A DNA stretch of 64,000 nt from NCBI GenBank assembly GCA_963809485.1, contig CAWEJX010000020.1, forward strand, positions 32,001-96,000. Reading direction: 5' to 3'. The stretch comes from an uncultured Acidobacteriota bacterium. Lineage in GTDB: Bacteria; Acidobacteriota; UBA6911. A program made the translations under genes and the position numbers. Shown piece by piece: positions 42,168 through 53,261 of the stretch (its first letter is position 1; every line of letters starts with the position of its first letter). The notes under the pieces are model-generated. The model saw only the letters and a program-made list of their open reading frames with translations, searched no databases and was not told where the DNA came from.

Positions 42168-43436
42168 ATGGCCGAAAAAATGCTGATTATCGATGACGAA
42201 GAGATTGTATTGAAATCCTGCCGGAGGATATTCGAATCCGAAGGATTTGAGGTGACAACCACGGGCAATCCGGACGAGGGTCTCAACCTGGTATCGCAGA
42301 AGCATTTCGATGTCATCCTGGTGGACTGGATGATGCCGGGTTTCGACGGGATGGATGTGGTCGAGGAGATCGACCGGCGATCCGCCAATTCCGCCATTGT
42401 TATGATCAGCGGGCATCCTTCGGTGGGCCGTGCAACGGAAGCCATGAAACGCGGTGCTATGGACTATCTTGCCAAGCCCTTTACCCCGGAGGAGGTCAGT
42501 GCGGTAGTCAAAAAAGCGGTGAGGAGAAAAGTCGTCGAGGAAAAGAAAGCCATAGGCCGCGTCGAGACAATAATGAAATCCTGGCAATTCCCCGTGCCCG
42601 CCCTGGAGGACAACGCGCCCAAAACGATTGCGGAGACTGTCGCCCAGAAGATTGGGGTTACCAAAGCCACTTCTCCATGGTTGAGCGTCTTCGTGTTGGG
42701 CATCCTGGCCGGCGCCTATATCGGTTTTGGAGGCATGCTTTCCACGACCGCCACGTTTGACGCTGCGGCCAAGGTGGGAGTCGGCCTTTCCAGGGTGCTC
42801 GGCGGGGCCGTCTTCAGCGTAGGCCTGATGCTGGTCGTGATCGCGGGGGCGGAATTGTTCACCGGCAATAACCTGATGGTCTCCAGCGTGATGCTGGGAG
42901 AAATCACCTTCAGCACGATGCTGCGGAGATGGGGGATCGTATTTATCGCCAACTTCATCGGGTCCATCATTGTAGCGCTCCTCTTCTTCTACTCGGGTCT
43001 CTGGAAAACGGGGGACGGGGCCTTGGGCGCCGCAGCTATCAAGGTAGCCTATAACAAGGTCAATCTCTCCTTCGTGGAGGCGCTCATCCGGGCGATAGGG
43101 TGCAATTGGCTGGTCTGTCTTGCCGTCTGGATGGCGCTGGCCTCGCGTCAGACCATCGGGAAGATATTCGCCATTTTCTTTCCAATCATGGCTTTTGTCG
43201 CTATCGGCTTTGAGCACAGCGTCGCCAATATGTACTTCATCCCCACCGGGATGCTGCTGGCTCACGGAACTGCCGTCTCGGAACTTGCGGGCATAGACAT
43301 CAGTCAGCTGAACTGGGCGAATTTTCTATTCAGGAACCTTCTGCCCGTAACCATAGGAAATATCATCGGGGGCGCTGTTTTCGTCGGCATGAGCTATTGG
43401 GGAGCTTACCTCAGGCCTCTCAAAGCGGCCAAATAG
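42168..43436 (+). CDS. Response-regulator receiver domain fused to a formate/nitrite transporter (FNT)
   Basis: N-terminal IIDDE..VDWMMP..KPFT; C-terminal GAELFTGN, GCNWLVCLAVW, GFEHSVANM, GNIIGG, all in one frame. Confidence 0.9.
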   Translation: MAEKMLIIDDEEIVLKSCRRIFESEGFEVTTTGNPDEGLNLVSQKHFDVILVDWMMPGFDGMDVVEEIDRRSANSAIVMISGHPSVGRATEAMKRGAMDYLAKPFTPEEVSAVVKKAVRRKVVEEKKAIGRVETIMKSWQFPVPALEDNAPKTIAETVAQKIGVTKATSPWLSVFVLGILAGAYIGFGGMLSTTATFDAAAKVGVGLSRVLGGAVFSVGLMLVVIAGAELFTGNNLMVSSVMLGEITFSTMLRRWGIVFIANFIGSIIVALLFFYSGLWKTGDGALGAAAIKVAYNKVNLSFVEALIRAIGCNWLVCLAVWMALASRQTIGKIFAIFFPIMAFVAIGFEHSVANMYFIPTGMLLAHGTAVSELAGIDISQLNWANFLFRNLLPVTIGNIIGGAVFVGMSYWGAYLRPLKAAK

Positions 43437-43465
43437 AAAAGAGAGCCGGAGGGAGCAGGCGCCGG

Positions 43466-44758
43466 CTATTCGATCGGATTGGCGCTCCTTCGATCGACGG
43501 TATCGCCGAGCTGCAGGACCGTAACTTCCACCGTTGAGCGGACTCCCTCCACGACCACGATTCCGTTTTCGGATACAAAATAGGAACTGCGATCCTTCTC
43601 GGGGTCATATCCGATGGCAGCCCCTTCGGGCACGTGGACATTCTTGTCCAGGATGGCGCCCCGCACCCTGGCATAGCGCCCGATATCGCAGTTATCGAAC
43701 AGGACCGACGATTCGACGACCGCCCCGGAATGAATCCGCACGGCCCTTCCGAGCACCGAATTCAGTGCGACTCCGCCCGAGAGAATGCACCCGCTCGATA
43801 TGATCGAGTCGATGGCATGACCGCGCCGCCCATCCTGGTCGAATACGAATTTTGCCGGCGGATAAAGCTCACGGGTCGATCCCAGCGGCCATTGCGTGTT
43901 GTAAAGGTTCAGATCGGGGATCACGGCGCGCAGATCCATGCTGGCCTGGTAGTAAGCATCGACGGTGCCCACGTCGCGCCAGTAGGGGAGCACAGAGGGA
44001 GGATCTCCGGGGATGCGGTTTTCCCGGAAATCGTAGGCGTAGACTTTCGCCCGCTGCACCAGGTCGGGCAGGATATCCTTCCCGAAATCATGGCTGCTCG
44101 TCTCATTGGCCGCATCGGCGACAAGTTCCCGCATCAGGACGTCCGCCGTAAAGACATAATTGCCCATCGAGGCAAAGACCTTTTCCGGGTCATCCGGAAT
44201 GGTGGGGGCATCGGATCTTTTTTCGTGAAAATCGATGATCCTGCCTTCGGGCGTCACTTCCACCACACCGAACTCGGCTGCAAGCTCCTTGGCCATCGGG
44301 AATGCCGCAACCGTCACATCGGCGTCTTTTGCATTGTGAAACTCGATCATGTCCCGGATGTTCATCCGGTAGATGTGATCGGCGCCGAAAACCAGGACCA
44401 GGTGCGGGTCTGCCCGCTTGACAAGATCCATGTTCTGATAAATCGCGTCTGCCGTTCCTTGATACCAGGTTTCGTCCGGAGACCGCATCTGCGCAGGGAC
44501 AGGGACGATAAATTGATACGGCAGCAGGCTTCCGAACTGCCATGTATCCCGCAGGTGTTGGAGCAGAGACTGGCTTTTGAACTGTGTGAGCACGAAGGTG
44601 GAATATACGCCGGAGTTCACAAGGTTGCTGAGAACAAAATCGACGATGCGGTATTTGCCGCCGAAGGGCACCGCCGGCTTTGCCCTGTTCTTCGTCAGCG
44701 GGTAGAGACGAGTTCCCTTCCCTCCGGCGAGCACCATTGCGAGTACGCGACGATTCAT
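43466..44758 (-). CDS. glgC: Glucose-1-phosphate adenylyltransferase
   Basis: LAGGKGTRLYPLT, RAKPAVPFGG, GTADA, DFGKD, YWRDVGT. Confidence 0.96.
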   Translation of the reverse strand: MNRRVLAMVLAGGKGTRLYPLTKNRAKPAVPFGGKYRIVDFVLSNLVNSGVYSTFVLTQFKSQSLLQHLRDTWQFGSLLPYQFIVPVPAQMRSPDETWYQGTADAIYQNMDLVKRADPHLVLVFGADHIYRMNIRDMIEFHNAKDADVTVAAFPMAKELAAEFGVVEVTPEGRIIDFHEKRSDAPTIPDDPEKVFASMGNYVFTADVLMRELVADAANETSSHDFGKDILPDLVQRAKVYAYDFRENRIPGDPPSVLPYWRDVGTVDAYYQASMDLRAVIPDLNLYNTQWPLGSTRELYPPAKFVFDQDGRRGHAIDSIISSGCILSGGVALNSVLGRAVRIHSGAVVESSVLFDNCDIGRYARVRGAILDKNVHVPEGAAIGYDPEKDRSSYFVSENGIVVVEGVRSTVEVTVLQLGDTVDRRSANPIE

Positions 44759-45150
44759 TATTTGCCCGGCTTTCCTGGAGCGCGTTGCGAATTCCTCTGC
44801 TACTGTCTGTTAGTTTATTCTAATTCCTTCGCCGGATCAACCCAATCACATCAGCATGGCCACGAGCGGTTGGTGGTTTTTCCGGGCTCTCCCGAGCGAA
44901 GAGACCGATGGAGCCGAGAACAACATCCGCAAATATCCAGCGTGCCGCGAGGCATGGGCAAATTGAGCATAATCCCTGCAAAGAATTAGGCTTGTCTTCA
45001 AACAATTCAGTATAAAATACCCGTTTAGTGTCGGCGGTGCAGCAGTTGGGCATATCCGCAGCAATCCCGAAAATAATCTTGGGCGGGTAGCATCATATTT
45101 TGCCTTTCATCTCATATCCGCAATTTCACAAGGGAGGACTGAAGACATCC

Positions 45151-46668
45151 ATGCCACGCAGAATCGGGTTCGACAACGAGCGGTATATCCAGGAACAGAC
45201 GTCGGAAATCCTCCAGCGGGTGAAGCGGTTCGATAACAAGCTGTACCTGGAGTTCGGAGGCAAGCTTTTGTTTGACTTCCATGCCTCGCGCGTTCTTCCG
45301 GGCTACGACTCCAATGTCAAAATGCGCCTGATCCGGGAGTTAAAGGACAAAGCGGATATCCTGCTGTGCATTTACGCAGGAGATATCGAGCGAAAGAAAA
45401 TCCGGGCCGATTTCGGCATCACCTACGACGCCGATGCCTTGAAGCTGATTGACGACCTGCGAAGGTGGGACATCAGCGTGCGCGGCGTGGTCATCACCCG
45501 CTTTGACAACCAGCCGGCTGCCACCCTTTTCAAGAACAAGCTGGAGCGCAGAAACATCGAAGTTTTCACGCATCGATATACAAAAGGCTATCCGACGGAC
45601 ATCGAGTCGATCGTGAGCGACGAAGGCTATGGGGCGAATCAATATGTAGAGACCAAAAATCCACTGGTGATTGTGACGGGTCCCGGACCGGGCAGCGGCA
45701 AGCTCGCCACCTGTCTGTCCCAGCTTTATCATGAGTACCGGCGGGGGAACAAGGCCGGCTATGCCAAGTTCGAGACCTTCCCAATCTGGAACATCCCGCT
45801 CAAACACCCGATTAACGTAGCCTATGAAGCAGCCACCGCGGATATAAGGGATTTCAACCTCGTGGATCCCTTCCATCTGGACGCATATGGAACGAAAGCC
45901 GTGAACTATAACCGCGACGTGGAGGTTTTTCCGATCGTCAAACGCATTCTTGAAAAAATCACCGGGGGGAATTCTTTCTACCAGTCACCGACCGACATGG
46001 GCGTTAACAGGGCGGGATTTGCCATTGTCGACGACGGAGCAACCAGGGAAGCCGCAAAACAGGAAATTCTGCGTCGCAGCTTCCGCTACCGTTGCGAATA
46101 CGCTATGGGTCTGGCGGACAAGGACACCGTTCAAAGGGTGGAACTCCTCATGGAGGATCTGGGGATCCGGACGGAGGACCGCGCCGTTGTCGCTCCTTCA
46201 TGGGAGGCGGCCCGGAAAGGCCAGGAGCAGGAAAAGGGAAACGAGGGGATCTATTGCGGTGCAGCGATAGAGCTCAGGGATGGGACGATCATAACAGGCA
46301 ACAACTCCCCTCTCATGCATGCATCCTCAAGCCTTGTGCTCAATGCCATCAAATTCCTGGCAGACATTCCCGACAAGATCAAACTGCTGCCAAATGCGAT
46401 TACGGACTCGGTGCGAAGCTTGAAGACGGATATTCTCAACGAGCATTCCGTCAGCCTGGACCTGGAGGAAACTTTGATAGCCCTCAGCATCAGTGCCGCA
46501 ACAAATCCGGCCGCCCAGCTCGCTATCGAGAAGCTGACGGAGCTTCGCAACTGTGAAGCTCATATGACCCACATCCCCACGGCAGGCGATGAAGCCGGCC
46601 TGAGGCGTCTTGGTGTCAACCTGACCACCGAGCCTCATTTCTCGACCAAAAATCTCTTTATGCCCTGA
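45151..46668 (+). CDS. DUF1846-family protein
   Basis: KLYLEFGGKL, GPGSGKLATCLSQLYHE, YAKFETFPIWN, SPTDMGVN. Confidence 0.85.
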   Translation: MPRRIGFDNERYIQEQTSEILQRVKRFDNKLYLEFGGKLLFDFHASRVLPGYDSNVKMRLIRELKDKADILLCIYAGDIERKKIRADFGITYDADALKLIDDLRRWDISVRGVVITRFDNQPAATLFKNKLERRNIEVFTHRYTKGYPTDIESIVSDEGYGANQYVETKNPLVIVTGPGPGSGKLATCLSQLYHEYRRGNKAGYAKFETFPIWNIPLKHPINVAYEAATADIRDFNLVDPFHLDAYGTKAVNYNRDVEVFPIVKRILEKITGGNSFYQSPTDMGVNRAGFAIVDDGATREAAKQEILRRSFRYRCEYAMGLADKDTVQRVELLMEDLGIRTEDRAVVAPSWEAARKGQEQEKGNEGIYCGAAIELRDGTIITGNNSPLMHASSSLVLNAIKFLADIPDKIKLLPNAITDSVRSLKTDILNEHSVSLDLEETLIALSISAATNPAAQLAIEKLTELRNCEAHMTHIPTAGDEAGLRRLGVNLTTEPHFSTKNLFMP

Positions 46669-46910
46669 CGAAGGAAGGACGGCAATTTCAAAAGCCATTT
46701 TCAAGATCGCCGCTGGCCGGCGGAAAGGTCACAGCCTGATGGAGGCAGCTTGAAGCATCGGCCGGCCGGTTCCGCCGTCCGGCAATCCGGCGAAGCATCG
46801 GGCAGGGCGATGAGCTCCGATGCAGCGGCTGAAAGCCTGGTTGTTTGAGCCTGAGGCCTGTGTTAGACTTTTTTCCTTGAAGATGGGTTGAACGGCCGGA
46901 GGAACCAGAG

Positions 46911-47570
46911 GTGGAATTCCACAAATCAACGGTTCGGGAATATTTTGAATCCATAGTCATAACTGCCATCATTGCACTCTTTGCCACCACGTTCGTGGTT
47001 CAGGCGTTCAAGATTCCTACCGGATCGATGGAATCCAATCTGTTGATCGGCGATCATCTTTTGGTCAATAAATTTGCATACGGGCTAAAGTCAGGCTTCA
47101 TATCCAAGCTCCTTCCCTATAAAGAACCCAAACGCGGGGATGTCATCGTTTTTAAATATCCGAACAGCCCGGAAGTCGCCTACGTTAAGCGGCTGATCGG
47201 AATGCCCGGCGACCGGATTGAGATGGTAGGCCATACCATCTACGTCAATGGTCAGGCACTAAAGGAAACTTATACCCAGTATATTGATCCCGGGAGCATT
47301 TATGCTCGCTACGGGCCATATACCGTGCCGACGGGCCATTATTTTGCCATGGGGGATAACAGGGACAACAGCCAGGACAGCCGTTTCTGGGGATCGGTGC
47401 CCCGGGATTACCTATTGGGCAAAGCCCTGGTCATATATTGGTCTTTCGAAACGCCGCGAGATGAATATCTCCAGACAAGCGTGCCGGATCGACTGAAACA
47501 GTTTGCCGATGTCTTCCTTAACTTTTTCACCAAGACGCGGTGGCGCCGCACCCTCAAGATCATTGCATGA
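46911..47570 (+). CDS. lepB: Signal peptidase I
   Basis: IPTGSM, YVKRLIG, MGDNRDNSQDSRFWG. Confidence 0.95.
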   Translation: MEFHKSTVREYFESIVITAIIALFATTFVVQAFKIPTGSMESNLLIGDHLLVNKFAYGLKSGFISKLLPYKEPKRGDVIVFKYPNSPEVAYVKRLIGMPGDRIEMVGHTIYVNGQALKETYTQYIDPGSIYARYGPYTVPTGHYFAMGDNRDNSQDSRFWGSVPRDYLLGKALVIYWSFETPRDEYLQTSVPDRLKQFADVFLNFFTKTRWRRTLKIIA

Positions 47571-47585
47571 TCGAGGCGCACGATC

Positions 47586-48225
47586 ATGGAATTCAAGATG
47601 CGCCATTATCAGCCGGTGGTGCCGGCCTGTCCTTCGGCTTGCAATTATCGCTTTGCCTGCCGGGCTCATGATGGTCCATGCCCGGCCGGAAACCAAGCCT
47701 CCCGGCATATCTCAAGCGGCCGCAGAGCGTTGCGGTCTCAAGATGAAAAGCCTCGAGGATTTTGCGGCCGACCGCAAAGGTCATCCGAACCAGACTACAC
47801 AGTTTTCCGAGGAAGAGGCCAATTCATATCTTGCGCTCAATTTAAGCCGGAAATACCATCCCTCCCTCAAGAGCCTGGTCGTTACTTTTGAAAAGGAACG
47901 GATGCAGGCGGTTGCGGTTATTGACTTCGACCAACTGGCAAGCAAATCGACCAAGCTGTTGCCCCAGCTGATTGGCTTATTGCTTTCCGGAACCCACACT
48001 CTCACGGCGCGCGGGCAGGTAATAAGTGGGGGCGGCAAGGCCAGATTCCAGCTGGAACAGGCCCGCTTTGACGACAGCACGCTCCCAAAATCCCTGGTTG
48101 AGGAGATTATTACGGCTGTAGGAAAGAAGCAGAATCCTCCTTTCGATCCTTTGCAGCCCTCAACGCTGCCGTATGAGATCGATCACCTGGAGCCGAATCA
48201 GGGGAATATCATGGTATTCCAGTAG
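47586..48225 (+). CDS. Hypothetical exported protein (start uncertain)
   Basis: Long open frame to 48225 with a hydrophobic N-terminal stretch; the start may be affected by an indel. Confidence 0.6.
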
Positions 48226-48330
48226 ATGCGCTGGCCGGCATCCGGCAAAGCCCCCTGGAGCAAGCCCTTGGCGGCTATAGCCGGCATGCGGTTATGTTTT
48301 TTTCACTTAATCCTTGTGAGGTCTCCCGCA

Positions 48331-49449
48331 GTGAACAATCAACAATTCAAAGCCATGCTTAAGAGTGCAAGCACCGACGAGGAACGAATATCTCTCTATG
48401 ACACCTACGGCGAAGAGTTGTTCGAAAAGGCGAGCTATGCCGAAGCCATTGAGATTAATGCACAGGCGTTGAAGGCTCAAAAGCAGCCGAACCTGAAGGC
48501 ATACTTTATGGGGCGGATCGGGTTTTGCCACTTCAACATGGGCAATGACAGGGAAGCCTTCAAATACCTGCTGAAATCGGCGCAGCTCTTTGAGCCCGGC
48601 AAGCCGGAATTCATGGAGGATATGTTTGGTTTCGTCCATTTCCACCTGGGATCGCTCTATGAGTTTCACGGCAAAATCCAGAAATCACTGGAGGCCAGGA
48701 AGATATGTGAGGGGCACATTGACAGCCAGGAAAAGGATACTCAGTGGATGCTTTATGCCGGGATCAGCCGCAACTATGAAATGCTGCGCATGCACGATGA
48801 GGCTATTCGATATTCCCAGAAGGCCATTCAGGTACTGAGTGATAATGACCCTGGGTTGGGCTATCTGTATGAAAGCATGGCCAATAACTATATGGGGCTT
48901 CAGCAGTATAACGAGGCTATCAAGCATTTTTCAAGAGTGCTGGAACTGGATCCGCATTTCGAACGTAAGGACGAGATCCAGATGAAAATGGCCGAGTGCT
49001 ACCATAGGCTCGCCAATTACAAGATGGCAATGGAAACCTACCAGAAGATCCTGGAACTCAAGCAGATCACCGGGAAAAAGAACGATCTGGTCTGGCTCTA
49101 CCTCAAAATGGCTGAATGTCATTTTCGTCAGGAAAAGTATGAAAAATCTCTGCTTGTCACGCTTGAAATGCTGCGCCGGTCTATCAGAAACAAGCTGGAG
49201 AAAGCCGAAGCCCGCAGCTACCTGACGGATAACTATTATGAACTGGGCCGCTATAAAGAAGCCGTGGAAGAAGGAGAAAAAACGCTATTGCTGGCCCGGC
49301 GATTCCCCAACGACGATCTCTTCTATGTCCGCATGGCTTTGAGCTATCAAAAATTGGGAGACAAGAAAGCCTTCGCAAAATACCGCTCTCTTTTCCGTAG
49401 AATGTTTCGCGGGGACAATTGGAATAAATACCTTGAGAAACTGACCTAG
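48331..49449 (+). CDS. Tetratricopeptide-repeat protein
   Basis: Repeated helical units such as 'MANNYMGLQQYNEAIKHFSRVLELDP'. Confidence 0.85.
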   Translation: MNNQQFKAMLKSASTDEERISLYDTYGEELFEKASYAEAIEINAQALKAQKQPNLKAYFMGRIGFCHFNMGNDREAFKYLLKSAQLFEPGKPEFMEDMFGFVHFHLGSLYEFHGKIQKSLEARKICEGHIDSQEKDTQWMLYAGISRNYEMLRMHDEAIRYSQKAIQVLSDNDPGLGYLYESMANNYMGLQQYNEAIKHFSRVLELDPHFERKDEIQMKMAECYHRLANYKMAMETYQKILELKQITGKKNDLVWLYLKMAECHFRQEKYEKSLLVTLEMLRRSIRNKLEKAEARSYLTDNYYELGRYKEAVEEGEKTLLLARRFPNDDLFYVRMALSYQKLGDKKAFAKYRSLFRRMFRGDNWNKYLEKLT

Positions 49450-49557
49450 ATCCTTCTTTCGGCAGTTGGTTGACGGCAAACAAGGCCATGCGATTCCCGT
49501 AGCTGTGTATTCTTAAAGCGCCCCGGAGAAGCCGGGGATTTTCATCAGAAGTCAAAG

Positions 49558-50868
49558 ATGAGAAAAGCTGCAAGGCGGATAGTGGAGAAACTTCGTCTGC
49601 ACGGTCACGAGGCCTTCTTCGCGGGCGGCTGGGTGAGGGACTATCTGCTGCGAAAAAAGCCCAAGGATGTGGATATCGCCACAAGCGCCCTTCCGGATGA
49701 AGTGATGAGGCTTTTCCCGAATGCCCGAGCCATTGGCGCGCAGTTTGGCGTAGTCCAGGTTCGCATGTATGGCCGTGCTTATGAGGTGGCTACCTTTCGC
49801 AGCGATCACCTATACCTGGACGGGCGCCATCCGTCCTCCGTATCCTTTTCCGGACCAGAGCAGGATGCTTTGAGGAGAGATTTTACGATCAATGGCCTTT
49901 TCTATGATCCGGTGGCGGATCGGCTTATTGATTTCGTCCGTGGCAGGAACGACCTTCAGAACCGGCTCATCCGAACCATCGGCGATCCGGGCGCTCGTTT
50001 TGCAGAAGATAAGCTCCGGATGTTGCGGGCCGTTAGACTTGCCAGCTGCCTCGATTTCGAAATTGTGCCGGAAACATGGGATGCCATTCGGAAGCTGGCG
50101 CCGGAAATTCTGAGTGTCAGTTGGGAGCGGATCCGCGACGAATTGGTCAAGCTTCTGACGGGACCGGCACCTGCCGCCGGAATCGACCTGCTCCATGAGA
50201 GCCGCCTTCTTTGGCATATCCTGCCGGAACTTGAAACGATGCGGGGAGTTCCAAACATGGGGGCCTCCGGGGATGTAGACGTCTTTGCGCATACGCGGGC
50301 GGCATTATCGCTGCTTCGCAACCCGTCGCATTGTCTGGCATTCGGCACCTTGCTGCACGATGTCGGCAAGCCGTCCTCGTATTCTGTTGATGCCCAGGTA
50401 TGTTTTGCAGGACATGCCAAACTGGGCGGCAGGATCAGCGAGCAGATTTGCCGCCGTTTGAAAATGTCGCGGGAAGAAGCCGGCCGGATAACCGACCTGG
50501 TTGAAGGACACCTTGACTTCGAGCAAGCTAAAGGCCTGAAGGAGAGCGCGCTGCGCAGATTACTCGGCAAACCCTATATTGCCGAGCACCTGGAACTCCA
50601 CCGGGTGAACCTGCTTAGCAGCCGCAGAGACTTGGAGGTTCACACCTACTGCCTGCAAAAACTTGAACAATATCGGCATGAGCCTGCACCTGCGCCATTC
50701 ATAACAGGGGAAGACCTGATCGGGCTGGGTTATCAGCCTGGCCCGATTTTCAAAGAGATGCTTCGAGCCATCGAGGACCTCCAGCTTGACGGGATCGTGC
50801 GTTCGCGCGAGGAAGCTCTCGAATACCTGAGCCGGAGTTACCCGCCGCTTGGCACGGCAGAATCATAA
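49558..50868 (+). CDS. CCA-adding tRNA nucleotidyltransferase with HD domain
   Basis: AGGWVRD, DVDIAT, RRDFTING, EDKLRMLRAVR, LLHDVGK. Confidence 0.92.
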   Translation: MRKAARRIVEKLRLHGHEAFFAGGWVRDYLLRKKPKDVDIATSALPDEVMRLFPNARAIGAQFGVVQVRMYGRAYEVATFRSDHLYLDGRHPSSVSFSGPEQDALRRDFTINGLFYDPVADRLIDFVRGRNDLQNRLIRTIGDPGARFAEDKLRMLRAVRLASCLDFEIVPETWDAIRKLAPEILSVSWERIRDELVKLLTGPAPAAGIDLLHESRLLWHILPELETMRGVPNMGASGDVDVFAHTRAALSLLRNPSHCLAFGTLLHDVGKPSSYSVDAQVCFAGHAKLGGRISEQICRRLKMSREEAGRITDLVEGHLDFEQAKGLKESALRRLLGKPYIAEHLELHRVNLLSSRRDLEVHTYCLQKLEQYRHEPAPAPFITGEDLIGLGYQPGPIFKEMLRAIEDLQLDGIVRSREEALEYLSRSYPPLGTAES

Positions 50869-50880
50869 TCGGAGGCCTCG

Positions 50881-52059
50881 TTGAATCCCTTTGTCATAGA
50901 CAGTCGTGCTCAAATTACTGCGGCCGCAGTCCGGCGCCTGCGCCGCGGTCATCTGTGGGTTTATGCCGGGGACGTAGAGCATGAGCCTTCCGGAACTCCC
51001 GCGATTGTTCAGGTAAACGATCCGGCTTCCAATGTTCTGGGATATGCCTTTTATAGCAGGCAATCGCAGATTCGGCTGCGCTTTCTTTCCCGGGATACGG
51101 ATCCGCCTACCATAGATTTTTTGCGGGCCCGTATCCAACAATCGATAGGCAGAAGACGGGGAATGATGGGTGAAGGATCGGCATGCCGTCTGGTTTTTGG
51201 AGAGGGAGACCTGCTCCCTGCCGTCATTGTGGACCGATATGGTGATTACGTCGCATTGCAGACTCTTTCGAGCGGCGCCGACGCGATAAAACCTGCACTG
51301 GTTGACATTCTCGCAGATCTGCTCTCACCGGTGGGAATTCTGGAGAGGAATGACGTTAAGTCCCGCCGTTTGGAAGGACTTGAAGAAAAACAGGGCGTTT
51401 TGTGGGGGAGTGTTCCCAAGGAAATTGAAATATTGGAAGATGGAACCCGATTCCTGATCGATTTAAGGGGTGGACAAAAAACAGGCTTTTTCCTCGATCA
51501 AAGTCAGAATCGCATAGCCGCCAGGAAGTATGCTTCCGGCCGGGCATTGGATTGCTTCAGCAATACGGGGGCTTTTGCGCTCCAATTCGCGCGATGCTGC
51601 GATTCCGTATTGGCGGTCGACATATCCGCCGAATCACTGGAGATTGCGCGCCGCAACAGCGAACTCAACGGCATCAAAAATGTCGATTTTGTGGTCGGGA
51701 ACGTTTTTGATTTTCTCCGGGAAATGGAAAGCGGGGGTCAGTTGTTTGACACAATATGCCTGGACCCTCCGGCATTCGCCAAAAACCGGAAGTCGCAGGC
51801 CGGCGCGAGAAGCGGATATAAAGAAATCAACTTGCGGGCTCTCAAGCTGCTGCGGCCGGAGGGTATTCTGATTACGTCGAGCTGTTCTTATCACATTTCC
51901 GAGACGGATTTCTTTGATCTGGTCTGCGATGCTGCCCGTGACAGCCACCGTTCCCTTCAGGTTATCGAGAGACGCGGGCAGGCGAATGACCACCCGGTGC
52001 TGGCAGGCATGCCTGAAACGCAATACCTCAAGTGCTTCTTCCTTCGGGCTATTCATTGA
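50881..52059 (+). CDS. rlmI: RlmI-family rRNA m5C methyltransferase
   Basis: GHLWVY PUA-like start, GQKTGFFLDQ, LDPPAF, TSSCS, ETQYLK. Confidence 0.85.
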   Translation: MNPFVIDSRAQITAAAVRRLRRGHLWVYAGDVEHEPSGTPAIVQVNDPASNVLGYAFYSRQSQIRLRFLSRDTDPPTIDFLRARIQQSIGRRRGMMGEGSACRLVFGEGDLLPAVIVDRYGDYVALQTLSSGADAIKPALVDILADLLSPVGILERNDVKSRRLEGLEEKQGVLWGSVPKEIEILEDGTRFLIDLRGGQKTGFFLDQSQNRIAARKYASGRALDCFSNTGAFALQFARCCDSVLAVDISAESLEIARRNSELNGIKNVDFVVGNVFDFLREMESGGQLFDTICLDPPAFAKNRKSQAGARSGYKEINLRALKLLRPEGILITSSCSYHISETDFFDLVCDAARDSHRSLQVIERRGQANDHPVLAGMPETQYLKCFFLRAIH

Positions 52060-52421
52060 TTGCCGGATAACACCGTCTCAGAAACACGATTCCCCTTCCT
52101 GAAGCTCGATGAGAATGGTCCCAAGCACCTGCTCGCGGTTGGGCGCAGATGAAGAACAAGCCAAAAGGGCAGCGCATCGCCTGGCGGAGACGAAGCCATA
52201 TTCAAAATCCGATTCTCAATATCTCGCCTATTTCAAAGGAGTTCAGGGACGTGACAATGGGTGGCTCAGTTGCAGGACATTGGGCAGGTGAGGACGGGCC
52301 TGTTGGCTCGTCCTCACTTGTTAAAATCAAAAGGCAGAAGACTTTGTGGAAATGACGATGGCAACCGTCCTGTTGCTTTGAGCATTCTCCACTGGAGGCG
52401 TGCGCCATTCAGCATAAAGCG

Positions 52422-53261
52422 CTACTTCTTCTGCGATTCCCTGGCAATATCTTCGGGCGTCGCATCTTTGGCGCAGCGGAAGCCGAAATCATATAGGGCT
52501 TCCGGCTGAGCTCCCAGGCGCTCCCATATATGCGCAACCTTCCCTCGGTAGCGCGAAGACAGGCCTCGGACCACACGGTGAGTCTCTCCGGATACGGGAT
52601 TTCTCTTGGGATTTCCCTTATAGGTCTTATACCAGGAAGAGGTCCATTCCTGAACATTCCCGAGCATATCAACGGCACCATAGGGGCTTATATCATCGTA
52701 TTGAGCAATTGCAGTCGGCTTGGATGGTCCAAATTCGTAGGTGTTCGCCCGCTTTTCCCCCCAGTCATTTCCCCAGGGATAGCCTCGTCCATCGGTTCCT
52801 CGGGCTGCTTTTTCCCATTCCTCTTCAGTCGGAAGCCGCTTCCCTTCTGCTTTGCAGTAAGCAGCCGCATCGTTCCAGGTAATATAAACAACCGGGTAAA
52901 GGCCTTTATCCGGGGTAAAGAACAGCCTCCAGTCCTTGCCCTCTTTGGCGCCTTCACCGGTGTAGCCGGTTTTGATGGAAAAGTCCAGGAATTGAGAATT
53001 TGTTACTTCGTATTTATCGATATAGAATGCCGGCAAATCGACCTTAAGCTGCGGATAGGCATCGTTATTTTTGTCATCCGTGCCCATGATGAACTCTCCT
53101 GCCGGCACGAAAACCATCTCTCCGGGAATAACGGCCGGCGTGGCGATTTCGGCAGCGCCTTCGCCCTCAACCTGTTCAGCGGAATCCTTGCGGCCGCAAG
53201 CGCTTAAGGCGCAAACGGCCAGTAACAAAATAATAAAAGCAAAATATGCCTTTCTTGACAT
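52422..53261 (-). CDS. Formylglycine-generating enzyme/SUMF1-domain lipoprotein
   Basis: Lipobox LSAC; FIMG, YEVTN, RLPTEEEWEKAARG, DMLGNVQEW, GFRCA. Confidence 0.88.
   Translation of the reverse strand: MSRKAYFAFIILLLAVCALSACGRKDSAEQVEGEGAAEIATPAVIPGEMVFVPAGEFIMGTDDKNNDAYPQLKVDLPAFYIDKYEVTNSQFLDFSIKTGYTGEGAKEGKDWRLFFTPDKGLYPVVYITWNDAAAYCKAEGKRLPTEEEWEKAARGTDGRGYPWGNDWGEKRANTYEFGPSKPTAIAQYDDISPYGAVDMLGNVQEWTSSWYKTYKGNPKRNPVSGETHRVVRGLSSRYRGKVAHIWERLGAQPEALYDFGFRCAKDATPEDIARESQKK

Noticed and set aside
644-44989. Long antisense ORFs (e.g. 644..1744, 14496..15653, 30417..31763, 43634..44989)
   Set aside because: Shadow frames of well-supported genes in GC-rich DNA, with no recognisable motifs.
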